This document shows, piece after piece, positions 51,508-64,000 of a stretch of 64,000 bases of DNA. Source of the DNA: Tubulanus polymorphus (Eukaryota > Animalia > Nemertea); the NCBI RefSeq assembly GCF_964204645.1, contig NC_134030.1, forward strand, positions 1,099,355-1,163,354, in the 5' to 3' direction. The notes under the pieces are model-generated. The model searched no databases. It saw nothing but the letters and a program-made list of their open reading frames with translations, and was not told the DNA's origin. The position numbers were made by a program, and so were the translations under genes. Positions within the stretch are counted from its first letter, which is position 1. Each line of letters begins with the position of its first letter.

Positions 51508-54192
51508 TTCACATGTAGCAGATATAATGGAATTAAGTATTGAGAACCGCAACTTAACAATAAACCGGATCAACTTAATATAGTGCTGAGGACCAAAAAT
51601 AAAGGATAAACCCGACCAGTGTAATTCAGTGTCGAGAACCGCTGTTAAACGATGAACCCGACCAGTGTAATTCAGTGTCGAGAACCGCAGTTAAACGATG
51701 AACCCGACCAGTGTAATTCAGTATTGAGAACCACAATTAAACGATGAACCGGACCAGTGTAATTCAGTGTCCAGAGCCGCAGTTAAACAATGAACCGGAC
51801 CAGTGTAATTCAGTGTCGAGAACCGCAATTAAACGATGAACCGGACCAGTGTAATTAAGTGTCGAGAACCACAATTAAACGATGAACCGGACCAGTGTAA
51901 TTCAGTGTCGAGAACCGCAATTAAACGATGAACCGGACCAGTGTAATTAAGTGTCGAGAACCACAATTAAACGATGAACCGGACCAGTGTAATTCAGTGT
52001 CGAGAACCGCAATTAAACGATGAACCCGACCAGTGTAATTAAGTGTCGAGAACCACAATTAAACGATAAACCGGACCAGTGTAATTCAGTGTCGAGAACC
52101 GTAATTAAACGATGAACCGGACCAGTGTAATTCAGTTTCGCAATAACCGCAATAAAACGATAATCTGGAGTTGTAATAGTGTTGTGTATTTGCGTAGTGG
52201 ATCAAGTGGAAGGATTTTAAGTGTATTTGGTGACTTTAATTCGTTCGCATCCAACAGAATCAACAAAGACATTACAAAAAACGACAAAAAATGATTGAAT
52301 GTAAATGCATTGAATTTAGGTTTGATGATCAAGATAATCACTGATCAAGATTGACAGTTATAATCCATAATTGTTGAACTTGATCAGAGATTTTCAAGAT
52401 CGATTTTAAGGTGATTCAGAAGTTTAAATCTGATGTTTTAATCTCTGGGACTCAGATATTAAATCAATAGATTTTTACTGCTGAATGATCTTCATGTACA
52501 GATGAGCTACAATTGTTCCTAGTGTGTTCTGTTAAGACTGATTAAAGGGTGGAAAAACTTGACTCAAATTCAAATTGAGTCGAGTTTTTCCAAGATAATC
52601 TCTGTTCAAGATCGGCAGTTATAATCCATAATTGTTGAACTTGATTGGTGATTTTCAAGATCTGTTTTAAGGTGATTCACAAGTTTAAATCTAATGTTTT
52701 AATCTCTGGGTTCCAGATATTGAATCAATAGATTTTTACTGCTGAATGACCTTCGTGTTCAGATAAGCTACAATTGTTCCTAGTGTGTTCTGTTAAGAAT
52801 GGGTGGAAAAACTTGACCCGAATTCAAATTGAGTCGAGTTTTTCCAAGATAATCTCTGTTCAAGATCGGCAGTTATAATCCATAATTGTTGAACTTGATT
52901 GGTGATTTTCAAGATCTGTTTTAAGGTGATTCACAAGTTTAAATCTAATGTTTTAATCTCTGGGTTCCAGATATTGAATCAATAGATTTTTACTGCTGAA
53001 TGACCTTCGTGTTCAGATAAGCTACAATTGTTCCTAGTGTGTTCTGTTAAGAATGGGTGGAAAAACTTGACCCGAATTCAAATTGAGTCGAGTTTTTCTA
53101 AGATAATCTCTGATCAAGATCGGCAGTTATAATCCATAATTGTTGAACTTGATTGGAGATTTTCGAGAACTGTTTTTAAGGTGATTCAGAAGTGTGAATC
53201 TGATGTTTTAATCTCTGGGTTTCAGAGATTAAATCAATAGGTTTTAACTTCTGAATCACTTCGGGTTTAGGTAAGTTAAAGTGTTTCCTATTGTAATCTG
53301 TTAAACTGATTAAAGGGTGGAAAAAATTGATTCAAATTAATAATCTGAATCAAGTTTTCCAATGATAATCCGCGATCAAGTTTGGCAGTTATAATTCATA
53401 ACTGTTGAACTCAATTCACAATTAAATGAACTGTTTTAAGGTGATTCAGAAGTATAAATCTGATGTTCTAATCTCTGGGTTTCAGAGATTAAATCAATAG
53501 GCTTTACTTCTGAATCACTGTTAGGTTTTGATAAGTTGTAAGTTGTTCCTATTGTTTAATGAATTGGTAGAAATTCTATTTTTAGGTGACAGGTCAAATA
53601 GATTAGAACAGTAATTTATGCAGAGGTTGAATTAATTTAATGTTTGATATACCAAAGAATGGTTTATTGTGAAGATTTAATTAAAATCTTAAATAAAGAG
53701 TTGTTCAATTTCATAAATGTTTTGTTTTCGATGAAGTTTTTTCATTTTCTGGATTTGAGGAATTTGACTTTAAACACATCGGTGGATTCAGCACAGTTCT
53801 GTGGACACAGTTTTTGGACCGAGACACAGCTCAAGACCCAGTTACAAGTTCAACTGGACTCCATCCCAAAAAACCCTGGGCCCTTCAAACCTTTAAGTAA
53901 GATGCTCACTTACAGATTCATAAAATTGACCCTTATTATCTTGTCATCTGCAGCACCATCTCAGAGGCTTAAACCAAGAATTTCTTGTAATGTTCAACAA
54001 ATGTGAATTACATTAAGTAATTTTTGAGATCGACTTACACCAGTATTGAGTTTTTTCTAAATCACAGTCTACTTATTTTATATTCATCCACGATTTCATA
54101 GCTCTTTAACTATTCAACCCTTTCCCTGATGGGCCCTGGCCCCAATTGCTGAACCCAGTTCTCCAAGTCTAACTTCTGGGTTTAATGGTTTA

Positions 54193-54309
54193 TCAGAGAA
54201 TTAATGGATTCATTGGAAATAATCTAACAATCAATAAAGTTGTTCTTTTTTGATACGGGCTAGACGTTGAGGGGCCCGCGCCCCGGGTTTTCTTTAAAGC
54301 TTTTGGCAT
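54193..54309 (-). pseudogene. Inverted first-coding-exon paralog, copy B
   Basis: Copy of 19855-19971. Confidence 0.8.
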
Positions 54310-56147
54310 TATCTAGAAAAACAAGTAAAAATATTAAATCATTTGAAAATATATCAGTCAGTCTTATTCTGGTTCAGTGAACTAATTCTCTATATGGTGC
54401 ATGTAGGGGTCCGGGAACACAACATCCACTAATTCTCTATATGGTGCATGTAGGGGTCCGGGGACACGACATCCACTAATTCTCTATATGGTGCATGTAG
54501 GGGTCCGGGGACACGACATCCACTAATTCTCTATATGGTGCATGTAGGGGTCCAGGGACACCACATCCACTAATTCTCTATATGGTGCATGTAGGGGTCC
54601 AGGGACACCACATCCACTAATTCTCTATATGGTGCATGTAGGGGTCCAGGGACACCACATCCACTAATTCTCTATATGGTGCATGTAGGGGTCCAGGGAC
54701 ACCACATCCACTAATTCTCTATATGGTGCATGTAGGGGTCCAGGGACACCACATCCACTAATTCTCTATATGGTGCATGTAGGGGTCCAGGGACACCACA
54801 TCCACTAATTCTCTATATGGTGCATGTAGGGGTCCAGGGACACCACATCCACTAATTCTCTATATGGTGCATGTAGGGGTCCAGGGACACCACATCCACT
54901 AATTCTCTATATGATGCATGTAGGGGTCCAGGGACACCACATCCACTAATTCTCTATATGGTGCATGTAGGGGTCCAGGAACACCACATCCACTAATTCT
55001 CTATATGGTGCATGTAGGGGTCCAGGGACACCACATCCACTAATTCTCTATATGGTGCATGTAGGGGTCCAGGGACACCACATCCACTAATTCTTTATAT
55101 GATGCATGTAGGGGTCCAGGGACACCACATCCACTAATTCTCTATATGGTGCATGTAGGGGTCCAGGGACACCACATCCACTAATTCTCTATATGGTGCA
55201 TGTAGGGGTCCAGGGACACCACATCCACTAATTCTCTATATGGTGCATGTAGGGGTCCAGGGACACCACATCCACTAATTCTCTATATGGTGCATGTAGG
55301 GGTCCAGGAACACCACATCCACTAATTCTCTATATGATGCATGTAGGGGTCCAGGGACACCACATCCTCTATTCTGTTTGGGGCATGGAGATTGCCCAGA
55401 TTGCCTCTGCTAACAACAGACACCCATTCAACATTTCTCTTTATGGTACTTTCTTCTTCCTCTTTTCTCTCATTTTACAAATTGATATTCAACTATGACC
55501 TTTTTCATTTTGATATGATGTTTATCTTTACATCATGGTTGCTGGAGATTGTACAAGGAATGACACAAGAAATAATATCCTTAGTTTTAAACTCACAGCT
55601 GTTTGCAATTCTTTCATTTAATCACAGGTTCAATTGAAACGATGCATTCCTATACATATACGCAATCATATCTTTTTTCGAGTCATAATTCTCAGGGAAA
55701 TTTGATCTCCACTCAGGTACAGTCTTCTGGCTTGCCAGTTATCCTTTAACTTTTTTACAAAATTATCTTTTCAAAATAAATTACCATGAAAGCAGTAAAT
55801 TTGAACTTGCCTTATCATAAGGGCTTTTTCTTTTACTCTTTGTTTTAGCTTTATGTATCTTTGATTTGCTGGTGGTTTTAACATGCATGTTGAGGGAGCT
55901 CTATCAATCCAGGAACAGTCAGCTCACAAGCAGCCCCTGCCCAAAAGGTTTTGACATTATATTTTCAAAAGCTCTAGTTGTTCTGTAGAACCGAGAGCGG
56001 AGCTCTGACTTGTTCCCCTCACTGCTGAGGTCTACTTTCTCTGATTCGCTGATTGGCTTCTCTTTGGTACATATTGGATGATCAAAAACTAGAAACTGTA
56101 ATGCGTTTATTCATTTTGGTATATGTTAAAATTCTTTTACAATAATG

Positions 56148-56470
56148 GCATATTAGGCACATCAAAACAAATCCGGAATTGTCCCCGAACGAAGTGGCTC
56201 CCTCCACTCTCCATCAGTATGCCGGGCCACCACCTCTACCTCTCGGGCAACTCGATCACTCGCCAGCTTTTTGACGAGTGACCGCCCAAGATACGGATGG
56301 AGGAGCAGGAGGAGCAGGACCCGCACCATCTCCAGCCCCACCACCATCCCTCCTCGGCCGCTTCCTATTTATCCCCTCCCCTTCCTCCCGATTACCTTCG
56401 TCAGCCGCACCATCCGCCGGGACCACTCTTGCTCCTCCTCCCTGCGGAGCCACGACGACTGCAACTGGTA
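56148..56470 (-). pseudogene. Inverted, frameshifted last-exon copy, copy B
   Basis: As 21810-22125 but retains the 9 bp (PAPPAPP). Confidence 0.9.
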
Positions 56471-59400
56471 CTTTTCGGTTTCTCATGGTTTCCCACCATC
56501 TTTCAAAAGAGAACTATCGATATATCATTAGCTACAAGGAAACTTTTCAGAAACTTTTTCAGGTCATTCTTTCTTGTATTATTAGCATTTGATTCTCTAT
56601 ATATCGTCAGAACATGGACTCAGAGTGTTTCTTTAATGGTTAAGAATGTCTCTTTAACCAACATCCCCCTAGCCTGCTTCCTACATATCCCTTCCCTTTC
56701 CTCCTGATTACCTTTGATCCCCACTGCCTAGCAGCTAACAGCTGCTGCTATTTTATCTGGTTTATATGTTTTGCAGATAGTGTCTGTTATGCTATAGTTG
56801 TTCTTTTAATCGTTTAACTTCTTCATCTGAAATTTCATTATTCTAATTTCAGTTTCACGCAGGAAATGGTTCATGAAAATCTGCATTGAGACTGGGACGA
56901 AATGTGCATTGAGACGGATGAAATCTGCATGAACAGAGATATACTTTAAGATCCCCATTTTATCCATCGGAGTGAATGTACATCCACTACTCACAGGTAG
57001 CAAACCTACAAACGCTAAACACTCATCCCTGGGCCCTGATTCAAAAATAAAAATAAAAGATTAAATTAAGAATTAACATTTTTATGAATCAGTGATCAGT
57101 TTCATAAAATAATTCCTAAATTAATTTTAGGGGTTTATTATTTCAGATTGAAATGAATTCTTCATGTTTATGCAATTCTCATTATCTTTCATTGCAGCAT
57201 TTATATATTCAATTTTAATCATACATGTGAAATATATAATGTATTTTCAGGGAAACGTAAACAAGAAAGGAAGGGAAGAAAGAGAAGGGAAGAAAGAGTT
57301 GGATGATTAATGCGCACTTATTCTCCATTCCGAATTCCTGTATTCGACTCTAGGTGATCATCATACGAACGAGATATAGAAAAAAAACATTACTGAAGTC
57401 ATCTCTATTTTTTAGTCTCAATTTGTATTTCTAATTCAATTTACTAAGTGTGTAAGTCATCATTTGGATAAGTCGTCACATTACTGAAGTCATCTCTATT
57501 TTTTAGTCTCAGTTTGTATTTCTAATTCAATTTACTAAGTGTGTAAGTCATCATTTGGATAAGTCGTCACATTACTGAAGTCATCTCTATTTTTTAGTCT
57601 CAATTTGTATTTCTAATTCAATTTACTAAGTGTGTAAGTCATCATTTGGATAAGTCGTCACATTATTGAAGTCATCTCTATTTTGAAGTCTCAATTAGTA
57701 TTCAGTTTACTTCAGATAACGTAATTTGGTTTAATCACAAGTCGTCAACATTATAATCAATGTAACTACAGTGACTACATTATTGTCCTTTTATTGAGAA
57801 ATTTATGTTAATTTTTGATTTCTGGGATAAATCAAAATTCAAATGTTATCATTTTTTGTATCAAAAATTGTAAAAAATTGAATAATTTGTGTGCTATTGA
57901 AACATTCAGTTATGGGGAGTTTTAAGCTCAGAAAACTTTGAGCCTGTTTATACAAGTGTTGTAACAAGTGTTGAACAATTCAAAGATCATGTTGTTTATA
58001 CTTTGTCATGTTAGAAAAAATGTTTTCTAGTATATTGATGTTTCTAAAAAAACATATGATTCAACTTTAAAAGGCCAACAAGCCTTCTAATAAAACTAGT
58101 TTGTCATATATATATATATATTACTTGGTCATTGTCAAGTTTTTTTAAAAATATTTTGGTTTTCTCAGCTTTCTCTGGTGGAAATTTCTTCGTGGAATTC
58201 CTCTTCTATACAAGTTCCTCCTCAGACTGTTTTTATGCGAGAGTTTATAACAACCGGATCCTCAGAAAATGGTCGGAGTGCCAAGTCTTCGATTTAAGAT
58301 CACCAGTCTTATCTGAGACCATAAGTTCACTAGCAAGTTTCACTAGCGATTCCAACAGCTATAGGATGGAACAGTATTATTATATATGTCACCACTGTGC
58401 AATTGAGCCCAGATCATCAGAAAAAGATAAAAGTGAAGATATGTGATGGGATTCATTGAAAATTTTGCATATATAATTAATTCATTGAACTACTTAATTT
58501 GTATGATTTATTTTTTGGGAATTTTCGAATTTGTCATCAATAACTAGTATATATTTCTTTTCAAGTTGTGAGCGATCTAGTTCTCTGTCGACCCATTGAA
58601 AATGAATCGACTCTGAACTGTAGAACTGGACCCAGGGAGCTGAATCTCGCGTGCCACAGCAAGATACAGAGCTCTTCAATGTCTTAACCGTCAGGTGCTG
58701 CCCCTAAACAAATCAATAGCGGTAAATCTGTGAACTAACTTATAGCTCGCTTGCCAGAGTAGAATCATAGCGAGCTGTCTAAAATCTTGAACCGTCTAGT
58801 GCTGCCCCTTAATCGATATGTAACGGAAAAGTGAATTTATTACTCGCATGCCACAGTAGTTGAGTAGTTGGAACATCATGATAGACTCGTTTTTCTGTGC
58901 AGCTATAACGGGAACTATTTCAGATCTGATAATGAATATAAACTCAGTCACAGTTCGATAACAAACGCCGCTGGGTGAAATTGATGTAAACAAATAATCG
59001 TGTTGAAATTGAATTTAGTTTAAGATATATTTTCGTGGTAGTTTTTATTTTCAAGCTGTTTACGTTCACTTCAAATGATGAAACGATGAAACCATATTAA
59101 ATACATCCCTGTGTTAGTGGGGATTTTGAGTTTTGGTCCTTTCCGTATCTTCTAGAAACATCAAGTAGAAAGGCATTAACTGAACCCTATGTCTTTAACT
59201 TCAGGAGTCTATATGGAGTTTTCGGATGCCTCTTTTCCTCACTTCTTGCATTCGTCACTATTAGAAATCCGGACAAACTGAATTCAGTTCGACGAGGCCG
59301 AAGAACAGAAGACCAAAGAGTGATCTGCACTAGCCGCAGGGTTCGTGTTGGCCTGGACCGGTGGGAGGCAATCAAACCCCGACACGTGAAGATGTATCCT

Positions 59401-60104
59401 CAAAAATGGATACCGGAACGCTTCTCTGGTTTACGATGATTAGTCTGCAGGAGTAACTCTTTGGCGGGGCGTGATCGCGTGAATAGCCCAAACTAAACCT
59501 TCAGAGTTCACTGTACTACAGCATACAACATCTGATAACTTGCATAATAAAGCGCGGCGTGCATGAAAAGAATTGTATAAATGCGGGCAAGATTCCGTGC
59601 CCTGGCAATCGAACGCCGGAGTGGAGGTATTCCATACACTGGTAGGTGAGTCGGAGCATAGACTGGTTGCTTGTCCCATAGAGACCGGTAACCAGTCTAG
59701 CCACCTCACGATCAGTCTACATTGATTATTTTATCATTTTATACACAATTTTTATTATGTTAATAAGATAAATCTGCCAAAGCTCAACAATTTGAATTAG
59801 TGAAAACCGATGTGCGAAGTCGTCAATTCAGTAGCCCGATAGAGCCCGGTAACCAGTCTAACTGACAATGTTCATTGCGCGGGAATGAACGGGCAACCAA
59901 TCTACGATGAAAAATCATTTCTGAAAAATTATGAACGGAGATATTCATTTTACTTTGAATTTTGAATTATCTTATAAAACTGACAGCCATATTAACCAAA
60001 GTATTAATAGTAAATCTGATAAAATCTAATACAGGTTTTAGAATAGGTGAAAACTGATTTATGTGAAGCCGTCGGTTCAGAAGACTGATCCGTAGAATCG
60101 TTCG

Positions 60105-60268
60105 CCACTTTCTTCCGGTCCACTTACTTCCGCGTTTGTGATTTGCATACAAGTAGTTTGAATGTTAAATGTATTAAGCCGCGTGTTGATTGGTTGAGGT
60201 CAGTGCGGTTTACTGAACGATGACCAGCTGTCAGCTGATCGAATCATTCGTTTCACAGACATTACGAC
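60105..60268 (+). promoter_or_regulatory. Putative promoter and non-coding first exon, copy B
   Basis: Same motifs as 25820-25983; donor GTAAGT at 60269. Confidence 0.5.
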
Positions 60269-61982
60269 GTAAGTATATTTTACATCTATGATCAAAAATT
60301 GTAGTGTAAAAAAACTCAAAACTAAGGCCTCTATAAATGATCGATTGACTTTAAATGATTACTTTAGCACAGCTCTTGTAGACAATGATTAGGTGTCATA
60401 GTAGTTTAGCTCGAAAGTGCACATATAAGGTTAATTTTCATCCCTTATTTAGAGACCGAGGTATTGAGCGTCCATTTCAGCCCTTAAAACATCATCAACC
60501 TACCTCAAACTGACTGTTTTTAAATCCAGCAATAGTTACCTAACTATTGACTCATCATGGATTCGATTCAAAAACAATTTTTGATGATCATAGTGATTCG
60601 AAACGTTTGAATTTTTGAAAAACACGAATGCTAAATGACGGATCCGGACTTCGATTGCGGCCCAATGGCAGAGTTGATTTTCTTATTTGGAATTTGAAGA
60701 TATAAATCACTGAAATCAATTGGTTTTCTCAACCAAAATTAAAATTAAGAAGAATTTAGGATGGAGATGTTTGATTTTCATTTTGTCTAAAATGCCGACT
60801 TAAAAATTAATTCAATTGAATCAAATTAATGAATTCATCATTTCACGATATTATAGATAATCAAAATGTGAATATGAAATCACCTTTTCAATCGCTGTTT
60901 TTGGGTAAGATCGCAGTTTTTAGGTAAGATCGCAGTTTTTAGGTTAGATCGCTGTTTTGAGGTTAGATCACCGTTTTTGGTTAGATTGCTGTTTCGTGTT
61001 AGATCACTTTTTGTGTTAGATCACAGTTTTTGTGTTAGGTCGCTGTTTTTGGGTTAGATCGCTGTTTTGTGTTAGATCGCTGTTTTAGGTTAGATCGCAG
61101 TTTTTAGGTTACATTGCAGTATTTTGGTTAGACCGCAGTTTTTTGTTAGATCGCAGTTTTTAAGTTAGATCGCTGTTTTGGGTTAGATCACAGTTTTTGT
61201 GTTAGATCGCTGTTTTAGGTTAGATCGCAGTTTTTAAGTTAGATCGCAGTTTTTGTGTTAGATCGCTGTTTTAGGTTAGATCGCAGTTTTTAAGTTAGAT
61301 CGCTGTTTTGGGTTAGATCACAGTTTTTGTGTTAGATCGCTGTTTTTAGGTTAGATCGCAGTTTTTAGGTTACATTGCAGTATTTGGGTTAGACTGCAGT
61401 TTTTTTGTTAGATCGCAGTTTTTAAGTTAGATTGCTGTTTTGGGTTAGATCACAGCTTTTGTGTTAGATCACAGTTTTTGGGTTAGATCGCTGTTTTTGG
61501 GTTAGATCGCTGTTTTAGGTTAGATCACAGTTTTGGGTTAGATCGCTGTTTTGGGTTAGATCACAGTTTTTGTGTTAGATCGCTTTTTTTGGATTAGATC
61601 GCTGTTTTTGGGTTAGATCGCAGTTATTGTGTTAGATCGCAGTTTTTTGTTAGATCGCTGTTTTTGGGTTAGACCGCAGTGTTTAGGTTAGATTGCAGTT
61701 TTTGGGTTAGAACACTGTTTTTCTGTTAGATCGCAGTTTTTTGTTAGATCGCTGTTTTAGGTTGGATCGCTGTTTTAGGTTAGATCGCAGTTTTTTGTTA
61801 GGTCGCTGTTTTTGGGTTAGAAAGCTGTTTTTGTGTTAGATTGGTGTTTTTAGGTTAGATCGCTATTTTTGTGTAAGATCGCTGTTTTTGGGTTAGATCG
61901 CTGTTTTTGGGTTAGATCGCTGTCTTTGTGTTTTTGTCAATCATCATATCAAGATTTGCAATCCCAGTTGCCTTCAAGTTTC

Positions 61983-62843
61983 ATATAGAGAATTAGTGGA
62001 TGTGGTGTCCCTGGACCCCTACATGCATCATATAGAGAATTAGTGGATGTGGTGTCCCTGGACCCCTACATGCACCATATAGAGAATTAGTGGATGTGGT
62101 GTCCCTGGACCCCTACATGCACCATATAGAGAATTAGTGGATCTGGTGTTCCTGGACCCCTACATGCACCATATAGAGAATTAGTGGATGTGGTGTCCCT
62201 GGACCCCTACATGCACCATATAGAGAATTAGTGGATCTGGTGTTCCTGGACCCCTACATGCACCATATAGAGAATTAGTGGATGTGGTCTTCCTGGACCC
62301 CTACATGCACCATATAGAGAATTAGTGGATGTGGTGTCCCTGGACCCCTACATGCACCATATAGAGAATTAGTGGATGTGGTGTCCCTGGACCCTTACAT
62401 GCACCATATAGAGAATTAGTGGATGTGGTGTCCCTGGACCCCTACATGCATCATATAGAGAATTAGTGGATGTGGTGTCCCTGGACCCTTACATGCACCA
62501 TATAGAGAATTAGTGGATGTGGTGTCCCTGGACCCCTACATGCATCATATAGAGAATTAGTGGATGTGGTGTCCCTGGACCCCTACATGCACCATATAGA
62601 GAATTAGTGGATGTGGTGTCCCTGGTCCCCTACATGCATCATATAGAGAATTAGTGGATGTGGTGTCCCTGGACCCTTACATGCACCATATAGAGAATTA
62701 GTGGATGTGGTGTCCCTGGACCCCTACATGCATCATATAGAGAATTAGTGGATGTGGTGTCCCTGGACCCCTACATGCACCATATAGAGAATTAGTGGAT
62801 GTGGTGTCCCTGGACCCCTACATGCACCATATAAAGAATTAGT
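61983..62843 (+). repeat. 47-bp satellite, ~18 units (copy B)
   Basis: Same unit; the variant order at the 3' end matches copy A. Confidence 0.97.
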
Positions 62844-62914
62844 TCACTGAACCAGAATAAGACTGACTGATATATTTTCAAATGATTTAATATTTTTACT
62901 TGTTTTTCTAGATA

Positions 62915-62977
62915 ATGCCGAAGGCAAATAAAAAAACTCGGGGCGTGGGGCCCTCAACATCTAGCCCCTATAATAAA
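62915..62977 (+). CDS. First coding exon of the downstream copy of the same gene (MPKANKKTRGVGPSTSSPYNK)
   Basis: ttttctag|ATAATGCCG...AATAAA|gtaagt, identical to 29674-29739. Confidence 0.8.
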
Positions 62978-64000
62978 GTAAGTACAAATTTACTGCTTCC
63001 ATGCTTATTTATTCATCCCATACTTAGTATTTTGTACCCCTGGGTCCAGTTTCACAAAAAGGATTAACGCCTAAATCGATTTAAGATAAACTGTATTAAT
63101 GAAGGAATTAAATCGATTTAAGAGTTAAACCTGTTTGTGAAACTGGGCCCTGAATTGCATCTAGAATGAAAAAAAAGAAAAAAAAATATTGAAAATAACG
63201 TTGGTGAAATATTTCTGGATCTCTCTGGATTTCTGCTCAATGCATCGTTTAGTAAAATATCGATATTCTCTAAAAGTAAAGATATAAGTATAAAAATATT
63301 GTATTGAATCGTGATTAGTTACTGTATGCGCTGCTAGTTGTTGCCCAACCCATAGCCTCATTTCTCTCCATTCTAAATTTGCATTGTTTAACATTGTCTG
63401 GTCGCTATGGAAACTATTTATTTAAGTTTCTTTGTGGTATCCATGGCAACAGTAACGTTTAGGTAGTGGCACCAATTATGGGTCCCAACGTTCCCATGGC
63501 GATACATGAGAACATTTATCCTATTTTTGACCTACATGACGTAAGATGGTAGTGAGTCGATGACGTCATTTTCGTCTCACCACTAATGAAAAAAAAAATT
63601 AAATGAAAAAAAAAGGAAGAAATGGTTAGAATTACGTTTATGAAATTTTTCTGGATCGGCTAAATGTATTGTTCCATTAAATATCGACATTCTCTAAAAT
63701 TATAGGCATCAATATCAAAATGATGATACAGCAGACTCCGCTTAACTCTGTTCTATTTGGACCATTAATTAACCGAATACCAACTTTTTAAAATTTTAGG
63801 ATTTTTACGTTAAGGATCAGAAAATGTGTATGCAATTTCAACCGGGTACCGAGTAGGGTGGCCGAGTCTACTGTAGTCTGCTGCCCCCTCGAATCCATTA
63901 CCTTATTATCTCTCAATTTGCATTGTTTGACCTCGTCTGGTTGCTATGGAAACTATTTAGTTATATCAGGAACGGTTTTTTCGAGGTAACCAGTGGCAAC

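Larger units (their letters stand above)
34932..64000. repeat. Large tandem repeat unit, copy B (truncated by window end; ends at the equivalent of 30760)
   Basis: Colinear near-identity to 1-30760, with SNPs, small indels and different satellite copy numbers. Confidence 0.97.

Overview
AT-rich eukaryotic (animal, probably invertebrate) genomic DNA, not prokaryotic. The window covers almost two copies of a ~33-35 kb tandem unit: 1-30760 recurs at 34932-64000, differing by scattered SNPs/indels and by satellite copy number. The ORF track shows only fragments. Reading splice sites reveals a + strand gene with 9 coding exons whose phases join into one 340-aa ORF (29677-45363). The protein is low-complexity, with polyQ, polyS, 8 S/T-P sites and an SV40-type NLS, and I do not recognise a family. 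The window also holds the 3' exons of the previous gene copy (7866-11461) and the 5' exons of the next (from ~60190), so the array has parts of at least three gene copies. Each unit carries antisense relics of the same gene, including a first-coding-exon paralog diverged mostly at synonymous sites. It also holds a decayed DIRS retrotransposon with nested non-autonomous DNA transposons, several MITEs, about 12 tandem-repeat families (one derived from DIRS gag, one from an exon-intron junction), and intronic clusters of CTCF-like and RFX-like motifs.
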